DNA of 33,675 nucleotides, taken from positions 1-33,675 of the IMG/VR virus record IMGVR_UViG_3300017911_000597. One strand, given 5' to 3'. The notes below the pieces were generated by a model that saw only the letters and a program-made list of their open reading frames with translations, was not told where the DNA came from and did no database searches. The stretch's first letter is position 1, and every line of letters starts with the position of its first letter. The DNA is from a virus. Its lineage: Duplodnaviria; Caudoviricetes. This document shows positions 25,902-33,675 of this stretch, in pieces. Position numbers and translations under genes: made by a program.

Positions 25902-27060
25902 TCTTTAGCTCCTCAATTTCAGCTTTCAGTTCTTTGATTGCTTCGATGAGTAGGCCGACCATGTTGCCATAAGCAACCGTCTTAATGCCGTCGTCATTTG
26001 TCTGAATAACCTCTGGTAAAACCTTTTCAACCTCTTGCGCAATGACACCAGCATGACGCGGGGCATCTTCAATGTCGTTACGGTTGTAGGTTACGCCTCT
26101 AATTACAGACACTTTATTTAAAGCATTGTCTATAATAGACACATTGTCTTTGAGACGCTCATCTGAATAAGCTGTGACGTTTCCTGTGGCAGTAACACCT
26201 GTAGAACTGATAGACATAGCCTCTGCGTTGTTTACACGAAAACCCATTGTGTTGTTGCTATGGTCGTATCTAACTCTGCCCATAATGGGAGAGCCACCGC
26301 TTGTGCCATCTGCAAAAGCTAAACCTCCTTGTGAGGATGTTCCTGTCGCAATGGTAATTCCGCCACTTGCTGAATTATAAACAACAAGGTCATCAACATT
26401 TGCATTGTAGGAACTAGGCGAAGTCGTCCCAATCCCTACCCTTCCAGAACTATCTATCGTCACCGCTGTAGAAGTAGCGTTATCATCAATTCCAGATGTA
26501 GCGGCGGCGGTCCAATCATAATCTGAGCCATTCCAAGATAAGTATTCACCTGAAGCGGCTGTAGATGTGTTTAAGTGTGCATCAACTAGCGGATCAACAT
26601 TTGCTGCATCCGTAACATCCGCTGATGCTTCGATAGCGTCTAGCTTTGTTCCGTCTGCCGCAACATCACGCCCATCGACTGTGCCTGTGACCGTGATGTT
26701 ACCTGTCACCGCTGCGCCCGATGCCGACACCGTAACAATGTCAGACCCTGCATTTTGCAAGCGGTTCATGTCTGCCGCTACCGCAGTGATTGCAACATAA
26801 GCTGTGCCGCCAAGTGAAACTGCCGCTCCGCTATTGCTGCTTTCGCTAGGTGTTCGTGTTAAGGATGTTCCTGACGCGGAATATGTACCTGTGCCAATTT
26901 CCCACGCAGAACCTTCCTCAATCAAGTATTGTACTACGTCACCATCAGACACACCCGCATCAGCAAAAGACTGAAACCCGCCAGCCGCGCCAGACAGGGT
27001 TACAGTTCCACTACCCGTTGTGGATGTTGTCATCTTGGCCCTGTTGAAAAGTTTAGCCAT
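25885..27060 (-). CDS. tail fibre protein with C-terminal Peptidase_S74 chaperone
   Basis: NRAK.TT.TTG.GT.TL anchor, [12 protein letters not shown] and [10 protein letters not shown] fibre motifs, YSDERLKDN...[13 protein letters not shown]. Confidence 0.85.
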   Translation of the reverse strand: MAKLFNRAKMTTSTTGSGTVTLSGAAGGFQSFADAGVSDGDVVQYLIEEGSAWEIGTGTYSASGTSLTRTPSESSNSGAAVSLGGTAYVAITAVAADMNRLQNAGSDIVTVSASGAAVTGNITVTGTVDGRDVAADGTKLDAIEASADVTDAANVDPLVDAHLNTSTAASGEYLSWNGSDYDWTAAATSGIDDNATSTAVTIDSSGRVGIGTTSPSSYNANVDDLVVYNSASGGITIATGTSSQGGLAFADGTSGGSPIMGRVRYDHSNNTMGFRVNNAEAMSISSTGVTATGNVTAYSDERLKDNVSIIDNALNKVSVIRGVTYNRNDIEDAPRHAGVIAQEVEKVLPEVIQTNDDGIKTVAYGNMVGLLIEAIKELKAEIEELKNGSTK

Positions 27061-27072
27061 GATGACCCTCCG

Positions 27073-27504
27073 TTATGCTAGTGTCAGGATACCGTTTGTC
27101 CCGATGTCGATTGTGAATGTGTCACCATCGTTAAGGGTCAAAGATGATCCGTAGTCGTAGTAACCAATCACTGGGTCTGCTGGGGATGTAACAGTGTCGT
27201 TGTAAATCACAACGTAGCGAAATGCCGCCACTGAACCGCCCGATGCAGTTAAAACCTTGTCATCCGCTGATAGCTTGTATGTGCCGCTAGTCTGCGTTGA
27301 TGTTACGTTTGCCAGATCACGACCAGACAGGTTTGTGTAGCTGATCTCAGTAATGTTCGCCAAAACACCGTTACCGTCTGCTGTAACATCTGTCCCTGAT
27401 GTTGGGTCTGTGTTTGTAAGCGCGACCGTCAATGTGTCTGCGTCTAAATCCATAGCGTTTGCTAGGTTCACCACAAAGTCATTTACCTTTGTAAAACTTG
27501 CCAT
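27073..27504 (-). CDS. virion structural protein (tail-fibre associated)
   Basis: Thr-rich beta protein with FRYVVIYNDT...IGYYDYG...DGDTFTID...GILTL. Confidence 0.6.
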   Translation of the reverse strand: MASFTKVNDFVVNLANAMDLDADTLTVALTNTDPTSGTDVTADGNGVLANITEISYTNLSGRDLANVTSTQTSGTYKLSADDKVLTASGGSVAAFRYVVIYNDTVTSPADPVIGYYDYGSSLTLNDGDTFTIDIGTNGILTLA

Positions 27505-27506
27505 AT

Positions 27507-28124
27507 TTAGAAGCTCCTAATTCTCATGCGGTGGCCTGCGCCGCTCGCCTTGGCTTTATCATCTTCAAGATTTATACCACTAATTGCATTTTTATACAAT
27601 GAGGCCCAAACGGTCACACGCTGGTCCTCACCTAAGTATGGAGCCGCGTGCGACAGCGCCCCGTAAAGGTATGCGTCTGGATGGTACTGCAGCATCCAGT
27701 TACTTGCGTTTGCCGCTGACAGAGCTTTTAACTGCTCGTAGTAAACAATCTCCAAGTCGTAATCTTGGTCGGGTTCTGGATAAACTTCAAAAGCACCATC
27801 TGTGATGGTGTAAAAACGTGGCGTCGCAGCAACATCAGTTAGGGCGCGCTTATCCATCAATTCGCTATTCGTAATCAGCTCAAGGCGCTTAATGCTTGGG
27901 CTAGTTATCATGACGCGCAAGGCCTCAATAAAGTCTGTTGGTAGTGCTGTGTATCGTGTATCTAATAAAGCGACGGCTCGATCTTCCATACGCCAGTGGC
28001 GCACCTGACGATTCATATCTGCTTCTGCTAGTGAAATGAATGTTGGAATAACTGTAGTCAAATCGTCACGATTCAAGAAATCTGCGATTGATGACTTCAA
28101 CTCGTCGTAGGTTGTAATGCTCAC
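27507..28124 (-). CDS. head-tail adaptor protein
   Basis: TY.ELK..IADFLNRDDL...IP.FI.LAEA, LP.DF, NW.L..HPDAYLYGAL motifs, located downstream of the capsid gene. Confidence 0.75.
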   Translation of the reverse strand: MSITTYDELKSSIADFLNRDDLTTVIPTFISLAEADMNRQVRHWRMEDRAVALLDTRYTALPTDFIEALRVMITSPSIKRLELITNSELMDKRALTDVAATPRFYTITDGAFEVYPEPDQDYDLEIVYYEQLKALSAANASNWMLQYHPDAYLYGALSHAAPYLGEDQRVTVWASLYKNAISGINLEDDKAKASGAGHRMRIRSF

Positions 28125-28426
28125 AGCGTGCCCGCCCTTGTTCTAAACACTCGGTTGTCCCCGTCGTTCAACCATCTTTTCAAGGCAACGGGATCATCCG
28201 CAATTCCCTTGCGCTTTAACTCATAATACACTGAAAGAGGTATTGACGCCACCTTGTTGACGTCCCCGTATTTATTAGGCGTATCGTTGTAGGCTCGCTT
28301 ATTCGCATTCGCGATAGCTGTAACGTCCTGCACCGTCTCGACCACGTACTCTCCCTTGTCAGTAACGTGCCAATAAGTGGTAGTGCCGACGGTAGGATCG
28401 CGATCAAAAATTCGTTTATTTCCCAT
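28121..28426 (-). CDS. conserved hypothetical virion-region protein
   Basis: QDV..I, KVASIP, WLND.DN..FRT..G pattern. GGAGG RBS. Confidence 0.65.
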   Translation of the reverse strand: MGNKRIFDRDPTVGTTTYWHVTDKGEYVVETVQDVTAIANANKRAYNDTPNKYGDVNKVASIPLSVYYELKRKGIADDPVALKRWLNDGDNRVFRTRAGTL

Positions 28427-28435
28427 CTATCCCTC

Positions 28436-28466
28436 CAAAGAAGTGGGGCGACCGAAGCCGCCCCGC
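28436..28466 (-). terminator. intrinsic terminator after major capsid gene
   Basis: Minus strand GCGGGGCGGC-TTCG-GTCGCCCCAC-TTCTTT. Confidence 0.7.
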
Positions 28467-28471
28467 TAGAC

Positions 28472-29440
28472 TTATGATGTTGTAAGGTCGAAGATGCCTG
28501 CGTGTGCAGCCTCGTTAGTTACCTTAAGGCCAAATTCAGCGATGCACATTTTTTTCTCGGCATCGCCTGTTTTAGCGAGATCAACAACATTGATCGGACG
28601 TAGGTAGCATACTGACGCATACTCTGGGTCCAGTAGAAAAGCATCACGTGCTCGCTGAAATCTGTTGGGAATACAGCTCAAGGTCCCAAAATCTGACATA
28701 TAGACATCAGCCGTTCCGATAATGGTTGTTGGAGAGTCAGACGGCGCTTGGTAACGCTGTGCTGCGATACCTGCAAAACCAGAAACCTTAGTTTTGTTAA
28801 ACGATCCAACCATCAAGATAGTTGGCTCACCGCCGTTGTCGTATGCAGATTGCATCGCGGTCTTCAACATAGTTTCTGTGAATGCCGCTGGCACAGAGTC
28901 ATCTGTACGCGCGTCTGTACCGTCGCCAGTTGGGTCTGCGCCCGCTGGTGTACCACCTGTCTGCTTAACAGTGTTTGTCGCGATCCATGCAGGTAGACCC
29001 GCTGTTTCGCGTGCAACTGTTGAAGAGCCGGCTACTTGAGCATTATTGTCAAGAAGAGTTGCCTCAATATCGCGGCGAAGCTCTTTACCGCGCTTAGCAA
29101 CTTGATATGCCAACTCATCATTGCGGCCTGCGGCATCTTGTGCGCCAAGGTTGTCCGCGATGATCAAGCTACGGCGGCGAATATGAGTATAGTTGCCGAC
29201 GCGAGTGGTTGCACCTGTGCTGTCGAATGACGCAACATCGTCCCCATCAAGTACCCCTGTGGTGCTTGTTGAGGCAAGCGAATCAGTCTGCCATTCAAAG
29301 TAAGTGTTAGAAACATTTTCTGAACCAATGTTAGATTGGAACGGAGTTGTTTCAGGCGATATATTCGAAATAATATTCGAAAGCTCTTCACGAATTCCGA
29401 CTGAGTCAAAGCTCGTGAAAGTATTTGCTACGATTGCCAT
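28472..29440 (-). CDS. major capsid protein (DUF5309/SU10-like)
   Basis: REELS.II.NISP.TTPF, FEWQTD.L, R.GNYT.I, ELAYQ..KR.KELRRDIE, Y.SDFG, LAKTGD. Strong AGGAGG RBS. Confidence 0.9.
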   Translation of the reverse strand: MAIVANTFTSFDSVGIREELSNIISNISPETTPFQSNIGSENVSNTYFEWQTDSLASTSTTGVLDGDDVASFDSTGATTRVGNYTHIRRRSLIIADNLGAQDAAGRNDELAYQVAKRGKELRRDIEATLLDNNAQVAGSSTVARETAGLPAWIATNTVKQTGGTPAGADPTGDGTDARTDDSVPAAFTETMLKTAMQSAYDNGGEPTILMVGSFNKTKVSGFAGIAAQRYQAPSDSPTTIIGTADVYMSDFGTLSCIPNRFQRARDAFLLDPEYASVCYLRPINVVDLAKTGDAEKKMCIAEFGLKVTNEAAHAGIFDLTTS

Positions 29441-29449
29441 AATGGCCTC

Positions 29450-30457
29450 CTAGAGTAACGATTTAATTGCAGCCGCTGCATCTTGCACGCGGCCAGTTTG
29501 ACGTGCGCGCTGTAGCGCTTGTTGTTGCTCTGTGCGCGGTTTAACTTGTGATCCACGAGAACCAGCTTTGAGTGTCTTGGCCTTTTGCGTCCTCGGCTTT
29601 TTCTTTGCCTCGGTTGCGCGTGTCTGACCCTTCTCATACATCATCGCTTTTCTCGCCAACTTCACCAGCGTTGCATTCTGTAGGCCGTTGACATCTTGCT
29701 CTGAGAAACCTTCGTTCAGAAGAAATCCTCTAATGTCTTTTGCCTCTTTTGCCGCGACTTTACCGTCACGCCATTCAGGAATGATTTCAGGCAGTATTTG
29801 ACGTTGTTCGTCAAAGTAACGAGCTTGCATTTGCTCCATACGTTGTTGCTCTATTTGAGCCATACGTTGGCGCTCTGCTTGGACCGCTTCAAGTTGAGCT
29901 GCGCGCTCTTCTTGCTGCTTTCTCCATTGCCTTTCTGCCTTCGCTGCCATCGTGGGGTCTGTATCGTACAGGGTGTCCCAATCAGGTTCTTGTTCTGCCG
30001 GCTGCATCAAACGCTCCTGCAACGCAGGCAACATTTGTGCATATTGAGCACGTTCACGCTCGATCTCATGAAATTGAGCCTCCATCTCTTTACGAGCTTC
30101 GGCCAACTCTTGGGTCTTGCGTGTGTAATCTCGATGTCTCAGGTTTCCGCGTCGAAGTTCGTCAACGGTAATCTCTTCTCCATCTACTTCGACTTTAGCC
30201 GAAAGTATGTCGAAAGATGCGTCTTCAAACTCTTCAGTTTCGGTTTCGCCTTCTTCTTCAAGATCGCCATCGTACCCCAATTCGTACTCTTCAGAGTACT
30301 CTTCAGCGTCTTCTGGCATTTCGGCGTCAGCCTCAACGGCCTCCACCTCAAGCGCCTCAGTTTCTGTCGCGTTATCCTCTTTGGGGCGCATCAAGTCTCT
30401 GATGGCATTTTGTGCTACGTTCAGATCAGTCCCTAGCGGGGTATTGGCTTCTGACAT
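29450..30457 (-). CDS. capsid scaffolding protein
   Basis: Acidic N-terminus, V.VDGEE.TV.EL..G..R..DYTRKTQELAE, coiled coil, directly upstream of the capsid gene. Confidence 0.85.
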   Translation of the reverse strand: MSEANTPLGTDLNVAQNAIRDLMRPKEDNATETEALEVEAVEADAEMPEDAEEYSEEYELGYDGDLEEEGETETEEFEDASFDILSAKVEVDGEEITVDELRRGNLRHRDYTRKTQELAEARKEMEAQFHEIERERAQYAQMLPALQERLMQPAEQEPDWDTLYDTDPTMAAKAERQWRKQQEERAAQLEAVQAERQRMAQIEQQRMEQMQARYFDEQRQILPEIIPEWRDGKVAAKEAKDIRGFLLNEGFSEQDVNGLQNATLVKLARKAMMYEKGQTRATEAKKKPRTQKAKTLKAGSRGSQVKPRTEQQQALQRARQTGRVQDAAAAIKSLL

Positions 30458-30479
30458 GCTATATCTCCATATTATGCGA

Positions 30480-30725
30480 TTATTTTAACTTTTTTTCAAT
30501 ACTCGCATTATCTTCCATTGAGCGCAGCTTTTGTCGCACTGACTGTACGCCGCGCAGTTTCATGTAAATGCCCTCACGGACATTCGTATCGCCGGTGTTC
30601 GTTGACTTAAACTCCTCCCAGCAATCCTGCTCGATTTCATCCATAAATCTGTTGAAATCTGTATCACGTAAAAGACGGGCAGCCTCCTGCCCGTCGTCTA
30701 TGATTTGTTGTTTACTCTTCACCAT
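30480..30725 (-). CDS. small conserved protein between portal and scaffold
   Basis: 81-aa helical ORF overlapping the portal stop. Confidence 0.65.
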   Translation of the reverse strand: MVKSKQQIIDDGQEAARLLRDTDFNRFMDEIEQDCWEEFKSTNTGDTNVREGIYMKLRGVQSVRQKLRSMEDNASIEKKLK

Positions 30726-32838
30726 CTATTCCACTTTTTATGACGTCGGCCTGCGCCTTCATAACTTCCCGATTTATGGCCAGCTCAGATCGTATTTTTT
30801 CGACGTTGAGCTGCGTGCCATACTTAGCCATCAGCTCTTCAGATTTTACATACAAATCTGCATCCAGCTCGTCGCGCTTACGGTCATCTTCCATGATCAT
30901 TTTTTGACGCTCAAGCTCAAGCTCGGCAGCTTTCTTTTGAATGTCTGCTTCGATCTGCTGGATTTGGACGCCAATAAGCTGCTCGTTGATGTCTGGCTTG
31001 TCCTCTTTTGGTGGAGGTGTAAACTCTGCAGGGTTTGACCAGAACTGCGATGCATCCTTAAAGCCTGCAAGCTCAGCCATTGACTTCAACGTGTTCGCCA
31101 GCTTGTTCATGTCAGTTAGCGGATTGACTGGACCCATCTGCATGATTGCCTCTTTTTGCATCTCGCCGATTTGGCGCATCATCATCATGCGCTCAGTGTC
31201 TGAACCCCGACCAAGTGCGACATTAACGATAACGTCCATATTAGAATTCCACACCGCAGGATCAATCGGGACAAATTCATTTGCCAGACGAACCATGCGA
31301 GGACGATCCTGATGTTTGATGATTAGGTGCAACACAATTTTGTAAAGCTGTTTCATACCTGTTTCAGCGAAGATACGGGCAATCAGCTCAATGTGTTGCT
31401 GAGCGGCGCTCACAGTGGCATTTACTGCCGCTGCGGTTGATGACTGCAGCGCACCTGCATCCAAGCCTGCAGACGCCTTTGAGATGCCTGTGCGGGCCTC
31501 TTTCAACTCATCCATATACTGCAACACTGGGAAAGCCTCGCGGCCAACAAATGGCATCGACAGTGGCTGCACCTGACCGGCGGAACGCTGACGAATAATT
31601 GCACCGACTTCGGTGTTCATAACGTCCTCGATATTTACCATGCCCTCAGTCACCGCAATGCGTGGGTGAATTGACATGGACAAGCTGTCCAGTGTGTTAC
31701 GCATGATTGATGACTTGATGCGTTGGATGTCCATGATGGTATCTGCGACAGATAGGCCAAAGAAGTCGTGGGCCTCTGGATCAGGGCAGAACACTGCGAA
31801 CGGGACCATATCGATAGGCTCGTTCATTAAAATTTTATACCCGTCACCGCCGGTACAGATTTTACGCAATTCTGCGATCCCGTCACCGTCGTAATCAACG
31901 CGAATATAGTTTTCGACGTACAAAACCTTTTTCATCGCAGGATCGGTGCGCTCGTTCATCTCGTTGTTTAGCGCACGGTTACGCGTTGTCCGCTCGACAT
32001 TGGTTTCCATGTCATCGTATGCCGCGCCTAAATCAGACACTTCATCGAACTCGTAGCCCATCGCAACAAGCTCGGACACGGTAACGATACGGCGGTGCGC
32101 GATATATCCTGAATCCTCTAACGACTTCGCCTCACGCGAAATCATGAACTCTTCTGGTGGGACCGCTTCCAACTTCACACGGCCATCTGGGTGCGTGTAA
32201 GTAACGCGGGCTGCGTGTACCGCAGGCGGCGGAATGATCTGGCCGCTCACTGGGTCAAGCTGTGGCTCGCCCACCATCTCTGTCTGCACGATCTCAACAT
32301 CTGCGCTAGGATCGGCCATCAAGGCGTTCAGGGCAGTGTCATCGATGCCAGTAAAGTCATGTGTTTCAAATTTTGTCTGGTCATCCCAGTAGCACTTCAG
32401 GATGCCCGCCTTACGGATCAGCGCATCTTTAAATGCTGCGTGCATATGCAGGAAACCATTGTTGTCGCGATTAATCACGTAGTTTGCATAATCTGTCGCC
32501 TGCTTAGCCGCCGCAACATCCTCTGGACCCTGTGGGACATATTCGACAGTGCGCTCGTTGCCATGGAATATTCGCATGAGGGAGGGCATGATCGCCTGTA
32601 CGGTATCCCGTACGTCCATCGATACAACTTGGCTGCGGCCTTCTTCTTCGTCGCCAAATAGCTCGCCTCGGTAATATTTGGTCGCGGCAGCACGTACTGG
32701 GCTAATATAATTATCGATATAATCTTGGGCGTCCTCAAACTCCTTGCCAACGATACCCTGCAGCTCGTCGTCATCCATTTGGTTTGGGTTTAGCTCGGCC
32801 TGCAGTGCAAGCGCCATTTCATTTGTTTCGTAGTCCAT
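30712..32838 (-). CDS. portal protein
   Basis: YY.G..FG.EE.GRSQVVS.DV.DT, FKDAL..K.G..K, VPPEEF, FFG.S.AD...DIQ, C-terminal barrel helix. Confidence 0.92.
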   Translation of the reverse strand: MDYETNEMALALQAELNPNQMDDDELQGIVGKEFEDAQDYIDNYISPVRAAATKYYRGELFGDEEEGRSQVVSMDVRDTVQAIMPSLMRIFHGNERTVEYVPQGPEDVAAAKQATDYANYVINRDNNGFLHMHAAFKDALIRKAGILKCYWDDQTKFETHDFTGIDDTALNALMADPSADVEIVQTEMVGEPQLDPVSGQIIPPPAVHAARVTYTHPDGRVKLEAVPPEEFMISREAKSLEDSGYIAHRRIVTVSELVAMGYEFDEVSDLGAAYDDMETNVERTTRNRALNNEMNERTDPAMKKVLYVENYIRVDYDGDGIAELRKICTGGDGYKILMNEPIDMVPFAVFCPDPEAHDFFGLSVADTIMDIQRIKSSIMRNTLDSLSMSIHPRIAVTEGMVNIEDVMNTEVGAIIRQRSAGQVQPLSMPFVGREAFPVLQYMDELKEARTGISKASAGLDAGALQSSTAAAVNATVSAAQQHIELIARIFAETGMKQLYKIVLHLIIKHQDRPRMVRLANEFVPIDPAVWNSNMDVIVNVALGRGSDTERMMMMRQIGEMQKEAIMQMGPVNPLTDMNKLANTLKSMAELAGFKDASQFWSNPAEFTPPPKEDKPDINEQLIGVQIQQIEADIQKKAAELELERQKMIMEDDRKRDELDADLYVKSEELMAKYGTQLNVEKIRSELAINREVMKAQADVIKSGIDGEE

Positions 32839-32846
32839 GCTTATTC

Positions 32847-33675
32847 CTACTGATTGAACTTGCGCCAGTATTCGTTGAACAGACCGATTTCATCGATCAT
32901 TTGCTGGTCGGCTGGTTGAATTAAGTTTGTGTGGCTCATCATAAATGAACGCTGATCGCCAGATGGTGCAGTGTACTTGAAGCCGTCGGTATAACCTCGG
33001 CGGGCATTCATAAAGTCTCTGAATGTAATCGCTGCAGGTATCTGCACTTCTAAGCTGCCGTCGTATTCACCTAAAATACCTCTTGGATATATAGGGTGAA
33101 TAGAATCTTGTTGAACACCCGCACCTAGTGTTGGGCGCCCAATATTAAGTCCAGTATCAAACGGGTTTGCGTACAGTAAGTCAGGGTCGGTCAATGCAAT
33201 CCGAGCCTCGCCCATAGGGATGCCAGCGTCACGGAACTCTGCGCTATCTATAGCCTGCCAAATTGCCCGACGGTTTGACCCGTTCAGGTTATCGAAGTCC
33301 ATTTCGACGCCGTCTAAAAGGTTTCTCATGTTTCGACGGCCGCCACCGCCAGCTACTAGATTAAACAACGAGAAATCTTGATCTGTAAAATCTTTTGAGG
33401 CCACTAACTTTTCAGCCAATGTGCGGCGCAATTTTGGATCAATGTCTACGTTGCGCAAATATTGGCGCATCAAATCATCAGTCGCAAAGTCAGACGCCTG
33501 ACCACCCATGGACGTGTATACAAGCCTCGGATTGCCCGACCGACCAGCACGCTCTAAAGTTTCATATATTGAATTTACAACTTTATCGTCCGACGCCCAG
33601 ATGCGATTATTGATCGCGTCTCGTATGTACCCAGACCCGCCGTACTTAGAAACTGGATTGTCTAGCATTTGCCCA
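32847..33675 (-). CDS. hypothetical protein upstream of portal (5'-truncated by window edge)
   Basis: Open frame running to the window end, stop 9 bp before the portal start. Confidence 0.65.
   Translation of the reverse strand, partial: GQMLDNPVSKYGGSGYIRDAINNRIWASDDKVVNSIYETLERAGRSGNPRLVYTSMGGQASDFATDDLMRQYLRNVDIDPKLRRTLAEKLVASKDFTDQDFSLFNLVAGGGGRRNMRNLLDGVEMDFDNLNGSNRRAIWQAIDSAEFRDAGIPMGEARIALTDPDLLYANPFDTGLNIGRPTLGAGVQQDSIHPIYPRGILGEYDGSLEVQIPAAITFRDFMNARRGYTDGFKYTAPSGDQRSFMMSHTNLIQPADQQMIDEIGLFNEYWRKFNQ

Noticed and set aside
29798-30436. 212-aa plus-strand ORF and other long antisense ORFs in the virion operon
   Set aside because: Shadows of strongly biased coding sequence on the opposite strand

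Overview
This window is most of the genome of a tailed dsDNA phage with podovirus-type architecture, probably from an aquatic proteobacterial host (the host is inferred). The minus strand carries a virion operon: portal, scaffold, major capsid, adaptor, two tail-fibre/glycine-rich adhesin sets with an embedded 2OG-Fe(II) oxygenase, a P22 gp10-like tail hub and three ejection proteins. It also carries a replication/packaging operon: RHH regulator, RuvC-like resolvase, RecE-like exonuclease, putative SSB, Toprim-SF4 primase-helicase, TerS and TerL. The plus strand carries a lysis cassette (holin-like proteins, amidase, probable unimolecular spanin) and a ParB/DGQHR-like gene. No integrase, DNA polymerase, tRNA or CRISPR array is visible. 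The most notable unexplained signals are a 28-bp dif-like XerC/XerD site between terS and terL, tandem TGTTAACA operator-like boxes at the divergent promoters, an iteron/palindrome origin-like region, a four-hairpin structured intergenic segment, and nested domain insertions in the tail hub protein. All family assignments come from motif recognition, not database searches.
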